This document shows positions 27,594 to 40,800 of a stretch of 64,000 nt of DNA, in pieces. This DNA comes from Chiloscyllium plagiosum (taxonomy: Eukaryota), in assembly GCF_004010195.1 (NCBI RefSeq), contig NC_057718.1, forward strand, positions 6,238,857 through 6,302,856, in the 5' to 3' direction. The notes under the pieces were generated by a model. The model ran no database searches. It was not told where the DNA came from and saw only the letters and a list, made by a program, of their open reading frames with translations. A program made the translations under genes and the position numbers. Within the stretch, counting starts at the first letter, position 1; every line of letters begins with the position of its first letter.

Positions 27594-28199
27594 TTCACAA
27601 ATGCTAGTTCCCATCTAAGGCTATTTCCACATGTCTGGCTGAGCCGTTCACAAAGCCAGCAATAAACTGGATTGAAAACCTGACGCTGAGAGTCAATTCA
27701 AGAGGGCAGATTTGTTGACCCCAGAGTTCCTATTCTTAAAGTGCCCCATGATTTCCAACCCAGTTGATTCCTGTTGTGGTGCACTCATGTTTTACTCATG
27801 TTTCATTCCTCAATGCATTTTCCCTTTCCTTTCTCCATCCTCTCCTGAAAGTGGTAGAATGGATTTTGCAAATGCAGGCTCCCTTTGCGAAAGAGGTTGG
27901 GAAATTAACAGGCATGTTCCTCATTCCTGTCAGTCTCACAACAGAGAATGCACGCGAACAAAATCCCACTTTTTCCAGGGTGCATTCCACAGACAAATAT
28001 TGGTCAGATAGCACCACAACAGGAATCAACTGGGTTGGAAATCATGGGGCACTTTAAGAATAGGAACTCTGGGGTCAACAAATCTGCCCTCTTGAATTGA
28101 CTCTCAGCGTCAGGTTTTCAATCCAGTTTATTGCTGGCTTTGTGAACGGCTCAGCCAGACATGCGGAAATAGCCTTAGATGGGAACTAGCATTTGTGAA
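27594..28199. repeat. Long inverted repeat, 189-bp arms, 228-bp spacer
   Basis: 27594-27782 is the reverse complement of 28011-28199 with one mismatch (27629/28164). Confidence 0.95.
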
Positions 28200-31100
28200 T
28201 GAGACCATAAGATATAGAAACAGGAGTAGGCAACTCGACTCCTTGAACCTGCTCTGTCATTTAATAGGATCATGGCTGATCTGATAGTCCCTACACACAC
28301 TTTCCTGCCCTTTCCCTATAACCTTTGATTCCCCAGCTGATCAAGAATCTATCTATCTCAGCCTGAAATATCCACAAAGAGGAATGTCAGCCAGCTATTC
28401 GACTGTGGAGTTATAGGGGAGGCAGAGGTGTGTGGTACTGTCACTAGACTGGTAACCCAGAACCTCAGGCCAATGTTTTAAACATTTGTATAGTGTAGAT
28501 AGTATAATTTTAATCCTGTGGAAATCGAGGGAAGAAAACCGGTGATGGCTTGCATGTATGGAATGAGCTGCCAGTGGAAGTGGTGGAGGCTGGTACAATT
28601 ACAACATTTAAAAGGCACCTAGATGGGTATATGAATAGGAAGGGTTTAGAGGGATATGGGCCAAATGCTGGCAAATGGGACTAGATTAATTTAGGATATC
28701 TGACCGACATAGATGAATTGGACTGAAGGGTCTGTTTCTATGCTGTATTTCTCGTGACTCTATGACATAACTCCTATCAATTGTTGTAAAATCTCATCTG
28801 GTTCACTACAATCCTTTAGGGCACTAAAGTCACCTGTTGCTCACAAGGATACTACACCCAGCATATGCCTATCTCAAATTACTCCTTTAGAGCTACCCAG
28901 ACTCTGCCCTCAATCACCAGTGACATGCGCACACCTTTCAACATGATCTTCTGGATCGCTATCAGGGACTAGCACCTTGACAGATCTTTTTGCAATAACA
29001 TGGAGATGAAGGTGTCACCTCAACCTTTTACCCACTTCTCATCGCTTCTCAACAATGTCCCCACTTCCCGGCTCCCAACAGCAAACCCCACTCCCTCCAC
29101 AAACCCACCCTGCAGGAGGTGAGTTACTCTTTGGAAAATGTCTCTGACCTGCACATAAAGCCTCAATATTTATATGGTTGGTCCAGCCCAACTTCCTGTC
29201 TATGGTAAACCCTCCAGAACATTGATAGGGTGGAATTAGTAATGGCAATCCCATTGAATTTCAAGGGGTGATGGTTAGATTCTCTCCCGTTGAAGAAGTT
29301 CATGTTAGACATTTGTGTGGAGCAAATGTTACTTAATCAGCTTGTTGGTGAAGTTGATGCCAAAAGCAGTCACTTTTATTTCACCTTTGGAGTTCAGCTC
29401 TTTTGACCATTTTCAGACTAAGGCTGTAACAAATATTGTGGTTCCTCAGGGGTCAAGATGGAGGAATTGCAGCACCTCCAAGAATGACCGTAGTATTCAG
29501 ACAACTTTCCACATATTGAGTGACGACTGGCACTCTCTTTAAGTCGTCAAAGTGCATCAGCAACAATGTGCATTTATATAGTAACTTCTAAGAAGCAAAA
29601 AGTCTGAAGGCAAAGGGAATTTTGTACCAAGCTTCGCCAGGATATAAAGAGGCTGTCTTGATTTACTTACTCTAATCAATAGTCGAATACTTCCTTCTAC
29701 AACCTATCAACCCCCCCCCATCGCCTTCTTGACAAGCTGATCAATTAACTGATCAACAGATTTGCTCTGAGTGACGCTGAGAAGAGAAACAAATTGCAAA
29801 TTATCTGAAGGACTGCAATCATTTGTTAGTTTGAAGGGCAGTGCGGTAAAGCGTGACTATATGCAATAGTGTAACAACAGGTGATGACAATTAACTTCCA
29901 TGGACTTAAAAATGTAGAGATGTGTGATGCACTGCCATGTACTAGCACCACTTCAGAGCACTGGCCAAAATCAAAATTAACATCAATGGCGTCACTGCAA
30001 GACTTGCCAAGCAAACAGTAAAAACGATCTTTGTGATTATGTGTGTTATGACATACTGCTGCTTTGAAAAATATATCTCTAAATCGGGTTCTTGCAACCG
30101 GATAACCACCAATAATATGAGACAACACTGATTGTCTGGAGACCAGTAGCGATGATATGATTAAATCCAGGACTGGCTGGCAATCTCATTGCAGGGACAA
30201 AAGTAACAAAACAGATGGCTTTAGAAAAGTAAGCTTTTTAAAGAATATCAGATGATTATTTTCCAAAACCCAATGATAATGAGGATGGCCGTATTCTAGA
30301 GTATTCTGAGTAGTGAAAGCTAAAAAGGAAAATTCTAGACGATGTAAGCACAGGAAGGATCTTCCCAATGGTGGGGGAGTCTAGAACCAGAGATCAAAGT
30401 CTCAGGAACTAAAGAGATCAAAAGATATTGGGGAAAAGCAGGAACAGGTTATTAAGTTGAATGGTCAGCCATGATCATCATGAATGGTGAAGTAGGATCA
30501 AAGGGCCAAATAGCCTCCTCCTGCTCCTAATTTCAATGCTCATCTGTAAAACAAATATATCCTTTCAACCAGGTACATGCTGCTTTATTTAAAGGCACTG
30601 AGGATTACAAGGGAGATTTATAAAGACACTGCCCATCATCATGAGAGTTACTAATGCTGTAACAATGTATTCCTCACTCTATTATCCCAATGCACCTTCT
30701 ATGGCATGATCTACCTGTACTGCACATAAAACTTTCACTGCTCCTGGGTATCAAATCAAAAATCAAAGAACGTTGACTATTGCTGTTCCTCTGGACCTGG
30801 AGTTATTTAAAAGCAATACTTAATTTAATTCAGGCAGTTTAGACATAGATAATGGTGGAATGTGGACATTTTCACAATAGTAATTTGATGTGATAGCCAA
30901 AGTGGACACAAAAAGGGAAAACTTCACTTGATAAATTCCCTTTGGTTTTTGTTTGATTAAGGATTGCTCTTTGTAATTGAACATTCAAAGGTTTTGGCAT
31001 AAATCTTCTAAGGTTCTTTATGAAACTATAAAGCATCAGGACTCCAATGCAGAACAGGGTCTTAGATTCTCATTGGTTTAAAAACAGTGACTGTAAGTAT

Positions 31101-34100
31101 TTGTTGGGGTTTATGAGATTTTTCAGATTAGGTCCTGAGTTATGATCATTGGTTTGGGTTCAAAAGTTCTATGCAACTGGTCTGGTCACTAAAAAAACAA
31201 TCTGATGTGCGGATAACCCCAAAACAGGTAAATAAGTAAAGGAGGCTGATGTATCTAGGGAAGGAGATTTTGATTACGGTGCAACTGAGATGTCAAGAAA
31301 GGAATAAGATATTTTTTGCAAAATGAAAAGAATAAATATTGATTAGCAAATATGCACAAAATAAAGAGAAATCAACTATCCATTTAAAAGTTAGCAAAAC
31401 ACCTTAGAATGATAGTTCATACAATCAGGAGGCCATTCACGCTGGATAGCAGCCTAAGGTGCCAAATTGAGTGCTCCAAGCATCTTGGGATTGTTTAACG
31501 GAGCCCACAATGAAGCTATGCCAACAGAAAAGTGCAGTACAAAGTCACAGAGATTAGGATAAAGTTTCATTAAGTTGGTGAAGTTACAATGGGTCTAGGG
31601 TTGAATCCTGCCACATGTAAAAACCAAACCAACCTGGTACAGGCATAATGGAGAAAATGCAAAAAGAGGATAGGGGAAGCCAACAACTTGCTTTTCAAAG
31701 GGGATATTGAAGCGAACATTCTGTCAAGGTCTGTAAAATGATTTACAGGTTGGACAAGATAAAACCAAATAATATTTCAAAGTAACCCACAAGATTTGCA
31801 ACAAGCAAAATCCATAATCTAATTAGGAACTACTTGATTCCCATAAATGTAACTGTAACTCCAGTGAGTCAAAATTATTCAAAATGACTAAGAGTGCAAC
31901 TTGCATTGCAAACATCAAATCTAGATCAAGTTTAGCTCTTATGTTCAGTAACAATGGCTTTCCTAACCTTGTCCCCATTTTGTTTAAAGAACGTAAGAAG
32001 CAAGTAATCATTGGAAAGTTCAAAGTGCAATCTGACGATAAGATCAAAGTCTGATGTGGAGGGCTGAGAAGTGACAGTTCAATGGCTTCTCTCAACTTTT
32101 TGATTTTTCTTCTGTAGATGCCTATATTTCATGCTGAAGGCTGTTCAGTTTTTTTTCTCAAATGCAATGGAAAAAGCAACATCTGGAACAGATTATTACC
32201 TTCCCTCATCCCCACCTCCCCTCCCAAACCAACACGGCAGCTCAGCGCTGTAAGGAATATGCATTAGGAAGAATGATGATGGAATTCTGCCTACATTCCA
32301 TTACTTTGCTCTCACTTCTCACAATGGAGACCACATGTAAAACCAAAATGAAAAGAAGCAGGTCCCTAAGTACATGACAGAGATCACATCAGTGGCAATG
32401 AGCAGGATATGAACTTGAAAGCATTTCCCTAAGGATGCTAATTTCAAAAGTTAGTCTAGACACCAGCAGCAGTAGTTCATGTGATGCCTATTACAGAATC
32501 AGAAATGGAATTATGCATTCGGTACTTTTTTCCCCTCTCAGTCTGGACTGCAAGTGGAAAATGTCGTCAGTGATGACTGACAGCTCACTCAATGCTCCCA
32601 ATCTTGCAGATCAAAATGCAAAATCCTCCTGTTTCAAAGATGTTGGGGATTTATCAAGTTCTTCCCCAGTGGGTGCATTTTAACAGTACTTTCAACACCA
32701 GAAAATGAAGATTTCAGGGATATGATTGCATTATGAACATCACTTTTGGTGATGAAGTTATGAAGGGAACAAGTTTGGTCGATTTATGTGAATCAAGTGG
32801 CTCAGTCCCACAATGGACCTGAGAGAAATAGGTTTGCGATTTCATGTGCAAAATGCACATTCCATCTTTGCCCTTTATGAGCATGTTTTACATTCACTGA
32901 CAACCTCATGAGGATGAGCAAAGTAAGCTTTACCTAGTGCTAATTTTGCTTGAGCCTGTTGATCAGATGGGGATGTGGATCAGAAGCAGAATTCACCGAA
33001 GGTGACAAATAATAGATTGTGAAGTGTCATTGCATCAAATAGGCTTTTGCCCCATGAAATGTGGAAGGTCAAAGCTGAATTGATTGAAGTTTTCAAGCTA
33101 CTGCTTTTGTATGGAGGGTGTTTAGGAAAAGGATGACCATTCAAGTGAGAGTTTAGAAAATGCTTCTGCACACAAATGCTGCTAGAAGTATATAATTCTC
33201 TTACACAAAAACTAGATGTTAATTAGAATTTCAATGGGATTGGCAAAACTTTTTCTGGACAGAAAAACAAAAGGAATATACAGCTAATTTTGATGGATCA
33301 AGTTAAAATACAGTTAAGCCATTATCTCATTCAATGATAGAATAGGATAGAGGGCTGAGTGGCATCCTCCAGTTTCTAAGATTTTATACCTTTATTCCCC
33401 ATGTAAAATCCCCAAAAAGATCAATTCATCTCCTTTCTGGATCTCCTTGAGAACCAACTCAACTCACTCTGAATCTGATCGATTGTCAGGATAAAACATG
33501 TATGAATCACATTTTTAAAAAGTACATCATACATACAAGGATCAATAGCAAGGCTCTGTTGTCAAATGAACAATCTCAGTAGATGTAACTATCTTAGAAA
33601 ATTGAGACTTTAACTTTTCGCCTTTACTCACATCAAACAATGCTTTGTGCTAATCCCAGGTATACTACAATATTGTATTTAGTCATCAGACAGGAACATA
33701 AGAAAGGAGTAGGCCATTCAGCTCCTCGAGCCTGTCCCATCATTCAATGAGCTCATGGCTGATCTGTGGCCAAACTTCATAGACTGGTCTTTGGCCCATT
33801 TCCTTATCAAACCTTTGTCTAGTTCAGACTTAAAATTACTGATCTAGAATTCACTGCTGTTTGTGGAAGAGAGTTCCAAATCTCTACCACTCTTTATTCA
33901 TGGAACCGCTTCCTAACATCTCTCCTGAACGTTCTGGCCCGAGATTCTCTGACTATGCAACCTATTTGTAGAATCCCCAACTCGTGAAAATAGTTTATCT
34001 GTTCCTGTCTTTTCCTGCTAATATCTTGAAAACTTTGATCTGATCACTCGTTAACCTTCTAAATTCTAGAGAAAATAGGCCTAGTTTGCATAACCTCTCC

Positions 34101-34157
34101 TCAACACTTAGCAACTGAGGTCCACGTATTAGTCTTGAAAACCTATGTTGTATTCTC

Positions 34158-34839
34158 TGTTACGACATGGGGTAAACCCTCCTGTGTTATTCCATGCAGC
34201 AATCTGTGAAAATCAGAGAGGCTAAGAACTATTTAAAGTAAAAATTAATAACTTTATTTCTTAAAGTGTTGCAGAGAATAATTACCAAACAACTATTTAC
34301 AACTCCTTCCTCTAACTTATCACTTACCTTATCTTTTATAATAGTAGTCCAATAAAAAAGCCCCAATTAAGATTTACCAAAAATTTAAGTTTTCAAAACA
34401 AGCCAGTGTCGGATCTTCTATTTGGATCTTCCTGTGTCTTCTTTTTTTCTTAGGGATTATACTTCACCAGTCATGAATCGATAATGGTACTTTTAAGAGA
34501 GCTATTTTTGGGCAGTCTCTACATGCTGGTGGCAGGGCAGTTCTCCTCCTTACTGTTTAATTATTCTTCAGTCTTATACCCCCTCAAAGCATCGGATTGT
34601 GTCATTGGTTTTTAAGATTGTCAATATACTAAATTCAAATTTGATTGGAGTTTTTTTTTGGAGTATAATTTAAACTAATTGGTCTAATTCAAATCTATTC
34701 AAGTCTCCAGGCAACCCATCTAATCTAGCTTTTAACCAAGTGTTACATTGTTACCTTAATAAGAAAACTTGGTGCTGTCAGGTAGTTCTGCTAGCTTCAA
34801 ACTCTCTTAAAGGTACAGTCCACCCACATCTTCATAACA
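34158..34839 (-). mobile_element. Solo LTR (682 bp) inserted in a CR1 fragment
   Basis: TGTTACGA...TCATAACA termini, 4-bp target duplication TCTC (34154-34157 and 34840-34843); CR1 sequence resumes on both sides. Confidence 0.85.
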
Positions 34840-36688
34840 TCTCTTCAAGGCCAATATGCCCTTTGTAAGGTGCTGTGCCTAGGTCTACTCACAATAGTCC
34901 AAGTGGAGTGTAACCACATCCCCATCAGTGATTCCTTCTGGATTATTCAAATGGATTTCACTTTATTCCTGATGTTCCAAGTTTCAAGATGGAACAGTTT
35001 GCCAAACTTCAATGTTAAGGCCAGAGATGTGCAAGTGTTCTGCTTTCAGGAGCTACATGAATGCCAACCATTTATAGTATCTCAGTCAACCCACGTCATA
35101 GTCCACATTCCCATCTGTTTTCACATAGCTATGTTAAGTTGCACATTCTGACAGATCTCATCACTCTCATTTAAAATATATCTACAAAGGAAGGAGCAAC
35201 AAGCCAATCATAAAAAAAATGCAGCCCATTCCAAACCAACTTAATTGAAACAACGTAAACTGAGCAACTAATAAATTTAGTTAAAAATGGAAATAGTTTG
35301 CCTGGGTTTCGTGGGGCAAATTGCCAGAGGAATGATGCGCAGTCCATATTCAAGAGCTAGACTCATACACATTTTTTTTAAGCCAAGTCAGAGAGCTACC
35401 AGTAACCATGGACGCAGTTCCCAATAAGGGGTCATTACCATCAGAAGAAGGAAAAAATAGTTAAGAAAAAAAACAAAATATTTTGTCAAGCAGATTTTAC
35501 TGCCTGAGCAAAAAAAAAATTTTTATCTTCAAATGCAACCTGATTTCTTATGTTGTTAGTGAACCACTGAAGGTGCTATTATATTAATACAAATATCTGC
35601 TAATTTAACATTTTAAAATTGCAGTTTGCAAACAAAGAAAACATATCTATTTCCATAAAAGTACATTTCTTTCAAGGAGTTCCACTGCCATAAATGTAGC
35701 CCCGGGGTACTCCATTCAAAGAATCAATGGAATGTACATGTAAAGTGGGCAGAACATGTTTGTAAATGGACTGATGAACCTCTACAGAGAAACATGAGAT
35801 GTTATGTTTTGGTAGAAAGACCATGGGGAGACAGTACAAATTGAAGGATAACCGAGGAACCTGGGTGCAATATGTGCTTATGTCACCACTTTCCAGCATC
35901 TGCAGTACTCACTTTCTCCAAGTTAGGAGAGCAGTTATTAAACATAATCCATATCCTGTGTTTTATTAATGGGATCAGAGTGAGGAGGTGCTTTTGAACT
36001 TATGCAACATACCACATCAGCCTCAACTACAGCATAGTATCCCTTTCTGAGCATCACATTTTCAGAAGGATGTGAAGGCAGCTGAGGGAGTGTAGAAAAG
36101 GTTTACGAGAATGGTTCCAGGAATGAGAATTTCTGTGTATAGATAGACTGGAAAAGTTGGGACTCTACTGTCCTTGGACAAGAGAAGGCTGACACGAAAT
36201 CCAATTGAAATAGTCCATATTATGAGAACTCTGTGCAGATTGAATAGAGAGAATAATATGCCCACCCAAGAAAGGATTGCGAATGATAGGACACATATTC
36301 AAAGTTGATTGAAAAAAACGTCAAAGTGATACGAGAACCATTTCTATCACACAGTAACTGATTCGGGTCTGGAATGTGCTGCCTGTTTGTGCTCAGGAGA
36401 GGTTCAATCAAGGTTGTCTACAGGAAATTTGAAGTTTATTTGCAAATGATGAACATGCAGAGGTGTGGGAGTAGGCAGGAAGAATGGAACCGGGTGAGAT
36501 GCTCATTTGGAGAGTTGCGCAGACACGATGGGCCGAATGGCCCCCTCCTGAGCCAGAACTATTGTGTGACTGGGGCAAGTGGCACCAATTTATGGCATGG
36601 ATCTCCCGAAAGCTGTAATTGAAATGCAACTCTATTTCAATGGACGTTCACCAATCAGTCAGTGCCGACTGCTGCAACATTTACTCAC

Positions 36689-36805
36689 CAGTGGTGGGTG
36701 CTAGCGTAAGCCTGTACCCCTGTAATCTGCTGGGCGAACGTCTCCACATCATTTGAACACTATTTTCAGTTAAAATTTTAAACTTCAACTGTGAAGGAGG
36801 CTCCA
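36689..36805 (-). CDS. COL12A1: Collagen XII coding exon 2, first half of FN3-1 (VEPPSQLKFKILTENSVQMMWRRSPSRLQGYRLTLAPTT)
   Basis: 117 nt, ctgcag| acceptor and |gtgagt donor, phase 1-1, FN3 W/Y pattern. Not in the ORF track. Confidence 0.95.
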
Positions 36806-39800
36806 CTGCAGAGAGAAGAATGCCACAAACAGGAAGACGTTAGTCTCAGGTAGGATTCCCGCTACATGATAAAAGCAAAATAAATTGTTTTATGAAAAGA
36901 TGGTTCAAACTGCAATGCTTAAAAGCAGAGTTGGCCGAATGGCAGCTATAAGCATTTCGAAACCTACATCTTTGCATAAATTTGCTTCCAACAATAAGCA
37001 TTCGGAGTTTGATGTCTATTGTTGGTAGATAGAGAGGACCATATAACACGAATATCAAAAGCTGACGTAAACACAAATTAATATTAACATAAAATATAAA
37101 CAGCACAAGGAGAGCACAAGACATTGGGTTTTGCACCATCAGGGAAGTTCACGAGTTGCAGCAGAAAACAGAAAAGGATAAAACAACAATTATTAACACA
37201 CCCAAGTACAAATAGAGCAGCTACACAGATACAAACTAATCCAAAAGTAGGCGAACATCTGACACTCAATCTGGGGACAAGTTTTGATCATTACATGCTT
37301 GCTGCACTCAATACAAAGCTTGTCAAATTACTTGCCAGAATAGAACACTTGAGACTTCACAAGTTGCCCAAGAGTTAGGGATTTCAGAATGTCCAATTAG
37401 TGCAACGTCATCTCCAATAATCTTGAAAGATTAATTGCAAACGGTTGTTCATTTATGTTTATATATATATATAATTTAAAAAGGAATTCAGCAGCCAAAT
37501 AAAGTAATTTCAAATTTTCCAGTGACTTCACGAAAGCAATTTTTGACAGCTGATTTGAAACACAAAGAGATTTTGTAACTTTTACTTTAATACTAATGGT
37601 GGTTGTCCTCATCCACTAGAATTAATAAATGTGCATAACATTGAACATCATTTTAATCGATTTGTCATTATATTTAATTAATTATTATAATCATTGTCGA
37701 TCTGGTGTTAGATTAAACCTGAATGATGGAAAGTCATGGTTATGTTTAAGATCAGCATTAATGTGAATACAAAATACTGACTTTGACTTCTTTCAAAAAC
37801 ATAAAACTTTTTTTTAGTTAAGAAAGCAAAGTCCTCTGAGTTTAAACACCAGTTGAACATTAAAATTGCCTAAAGATGCACACACATAAACACCATTACT
37901 GTATGATCTTCTGATAATTTGCTAAAGCTTCTGTATTGAAAGAAATCACAAGAAGATGCTGTTAATTTGTACACCAGGCCACACACTGGCAATCTTCAAA
38001 GCACCTGTTGGTGTTTGAGAGAGATCTTGCTGAAATGCTCACATTTGAACAGACAAGCTTTTTTTCACAATCACATAATCCACAGCCAGAGACACTGCAA
38101 GACATTCACGGGGACCTTCACAAAGAAACGTGGGTGTTGCGAACAACAGTACTTCTGTTATATGATCAGAGTTTGCCTGTATTTCACCGTGTATCTATTT
38201 TAGTTTGTTTCTCCCCTGTACCCATCCATGCTACATACCAGCATTTTAACCTAACTTGCCTGATTGTTATTCATAGGCAAGGACCTCTGTATTCTACAAG
38301 GAAAACTTGTCAATGCATTGTCCTTTCTATGCATTAAAGAGAATAGTTTCAGTAGTCCATCTGCTAAGAATTGACCCAAAATGCCCTTAGGAAGGGAATT
38401 GAAGGGTTTTGACCCAGCTACAGTGAAGGAACAGTGATATATTCCAAGTAGGATGGTGAGTGGTTTGGAGGGGAACTTGGAAGTGATGGCGTTCCCATGT
38501 ATCTGCTACTCATGTCCTTCTAGATGGAAGTGGTCATGGGTTTGGAAGATGCTGTCTGAGGATATTTGGTTAATTGCTGCAGTGCATAAATTACTGCTGC
38601 CTTTGAAATTGTGTGTTCTTACATCTTTCCTGGTGAGTACAAAATAAAAAACATGGCAGCTTTTCTTTTTTTTTGACAAATACTCAAGTTCTGTACTTCC
38701 ACATGATGATATAATCATCAAGGTATTCTATGGGCAGATACAGAGAAGCTATTTTCTCTGCTGGAGAAATGGAAAGAGCAAGGCATGATATAAGAGCGAT
38801 GCTAATCAGATATGACTTCTTCAGACAAACAATATTGAAAATCTGGAACCTCCTCCACCAAAATCTGTTGATATAGGGAAGGATGGAATGATGCAATTTA
38901 AAATGTAAAACTTGAAGTTCAATTTTGGCACAGGTATTCGGAAGGAAGGATGAAGTCAGGTATGTGGGGTTAAGATATAGATCCATCTAGTAATAGGATT
39001 GCATAGATCGACTGAATGGCCTACTGTTTCTATCTTTCACTACTTTAAAATGTTGCTCTCCTGGGATTTTGATGGAGAGCAAATTGTGGCTTTGCAAGTA
39101 AAAGCCAGGTTGTACCTCAATCCAGTCAGTGTCCAGGTGGTCATAGAGATTCATAATAAATCACCGGCCCCCCCATAGATTCAGACGATGTTCCCCTGCT
39201 GACCCCCTCCCCATTCCAGACACTCGCAAAATACAGGGATCCCTATACACACAGAAGCACTGTAACAAAAGTTATAAATAGAAATAAAATAAAACATTCG
39301 GAGACAAATGGATTTTAAAATTCTGATTAGCGACTGATATTGTAACATTAATTAGTGTCTCACACTCATGCAGATTGAAACTGATGGCAGGAACAGGAGT
39401 TTCCACCCTCACACAGTGAAAGCTTGAACACAAAAGACTGTTTCACATATTTTATAATGATATTCTCGATGTTGAAGTATACAAGAACTGGAGAGTGTTC
39501 CTGAATCGGGATAAGATGTGTTTATTAATCAGTCAAAGGAGGAGACAGGGGTGCATTACAGTCTAAACTCTGGAGTCGCTTTTTAAAAAATATTTGATTC
39601 CTAAACTTTGGCTGCAAGTAAAGAAATCAAATATAATTAATAATTCTTATATTTAAAAATGCCATGCTGTCAGAAAGTAGGAGGCAAATTAAACATGCTG
39701 TATTTTCCAACAAGACATTATTAATACAAATGTATAAAATACAGTTAACATGTGAAGAAAGATAGTGGCTTAAGAATTCCAAAGCAGTTAGTGTACAGGA

Positions 39801-39959
39801 GGACAGAATATCATTGTAAAATATCCTTCTTGTTTCCAAGATCTACAGCTCAGGACAAATTTAATGCAAAGGTACAGAAAACTGAGCTGAGTTTTTTAAA
39901 TGAACACTTTTTGTGGTTGTTATTAAAATATTGTTAGGTGGAAATAAAAGCAGTATTAC

Positions 39960-40800
39960 CAACCTGGGTGTGTGTGTTTTTGTTTTAAATTGGGGCAAGT
40001 GATTCGCAGAGGGATGGCAGTCAGTGGGTCCAGGTATTCAGCACCTCCTGTCTGTCAGCCCCAGGACAGAGCTGAGGGCTAAAGGATTCCGCTTCTCGGT
40101 GGAAAATCCGACGGTTAAAATCGCACGAAGCACACACGCACATATTCGCAATCTGCGCTGTCTTCCCCTCTCTAGCGGGGTGGGAGGGAGTCTAGCACAT
40201 CTAGTTTTTTTTTGTTTACAGGGAAATTATTCCTCTGTGTGTTTGTGCAGAAAAAGCAACGTTCTTTTCACATTCACTCAAATGCAAGCACATCTCATCC
40301 ACCACTCCAATCATTCGGGGATTTATACCCCCCCACCCCGACTTTTCAATGAGTTCAGAGATTCCTGATTCGAACCATCCTTCCTCCTTAACGCATTCGC
40401 AGGATTTTGCCCATGAACTCAGACGCCAATCTACTGTTTCTAAACAGCGTTGGCGCCTCCCTTGAAAGTGATTGCTGAAATAATCAGTCTTTACAGCATC
40501 AGTAAAGCAATGGGATGTGTTTTCGTGTTATAAAAGCAATTGCATAAAATGTCTCTTTTTTTCCTTAAAAAAATAAGATATTCAAGGTATGACTTTTGTA
40601 GATTTTAACTTTCTCTGACTATTAGAAGGGGGGTGTCTTTTAGCACAAACCTCCCCCACAAAGAAAACATTTTTGGCAGATCCTCTCCATGTGCGCGTCC
40701 CCGCGAAAGCGCGTGACACAAGTAGAGCGCGAGTACGAGGGATTGCGCGCCCCCTCCCCTCACTGGTTCAAATGCTGCTGCCTTGTCTTGACGTATAAGG
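39960..40800. promoter_or_regulatory. CpG-enriched intronic element, candidate promoter or enhancer
   Basis: Dense CpG cluster at 40690-40760 against a CpG-poor background; on the minus strand a G-rich box GGGGTGGGGGGG directly followed by TATAAA (40322-40327). Confidence 0.45.

Noticed and set aside
27712..28057. Overlapping ORFs on both strands with identical starts (MIPVVV)
   Set aside because: They are a by-product of the inverted repeat, with no coding signature.
37084..37269. Hydrophobic ORF resembling a signal anchor upstream of coding exon 2
   Set aside because: It starts at TTG, has no strong phase-1 donor, and T-rich sequence explains the hydrophobicity. The real signal exon is at 43689-43761.
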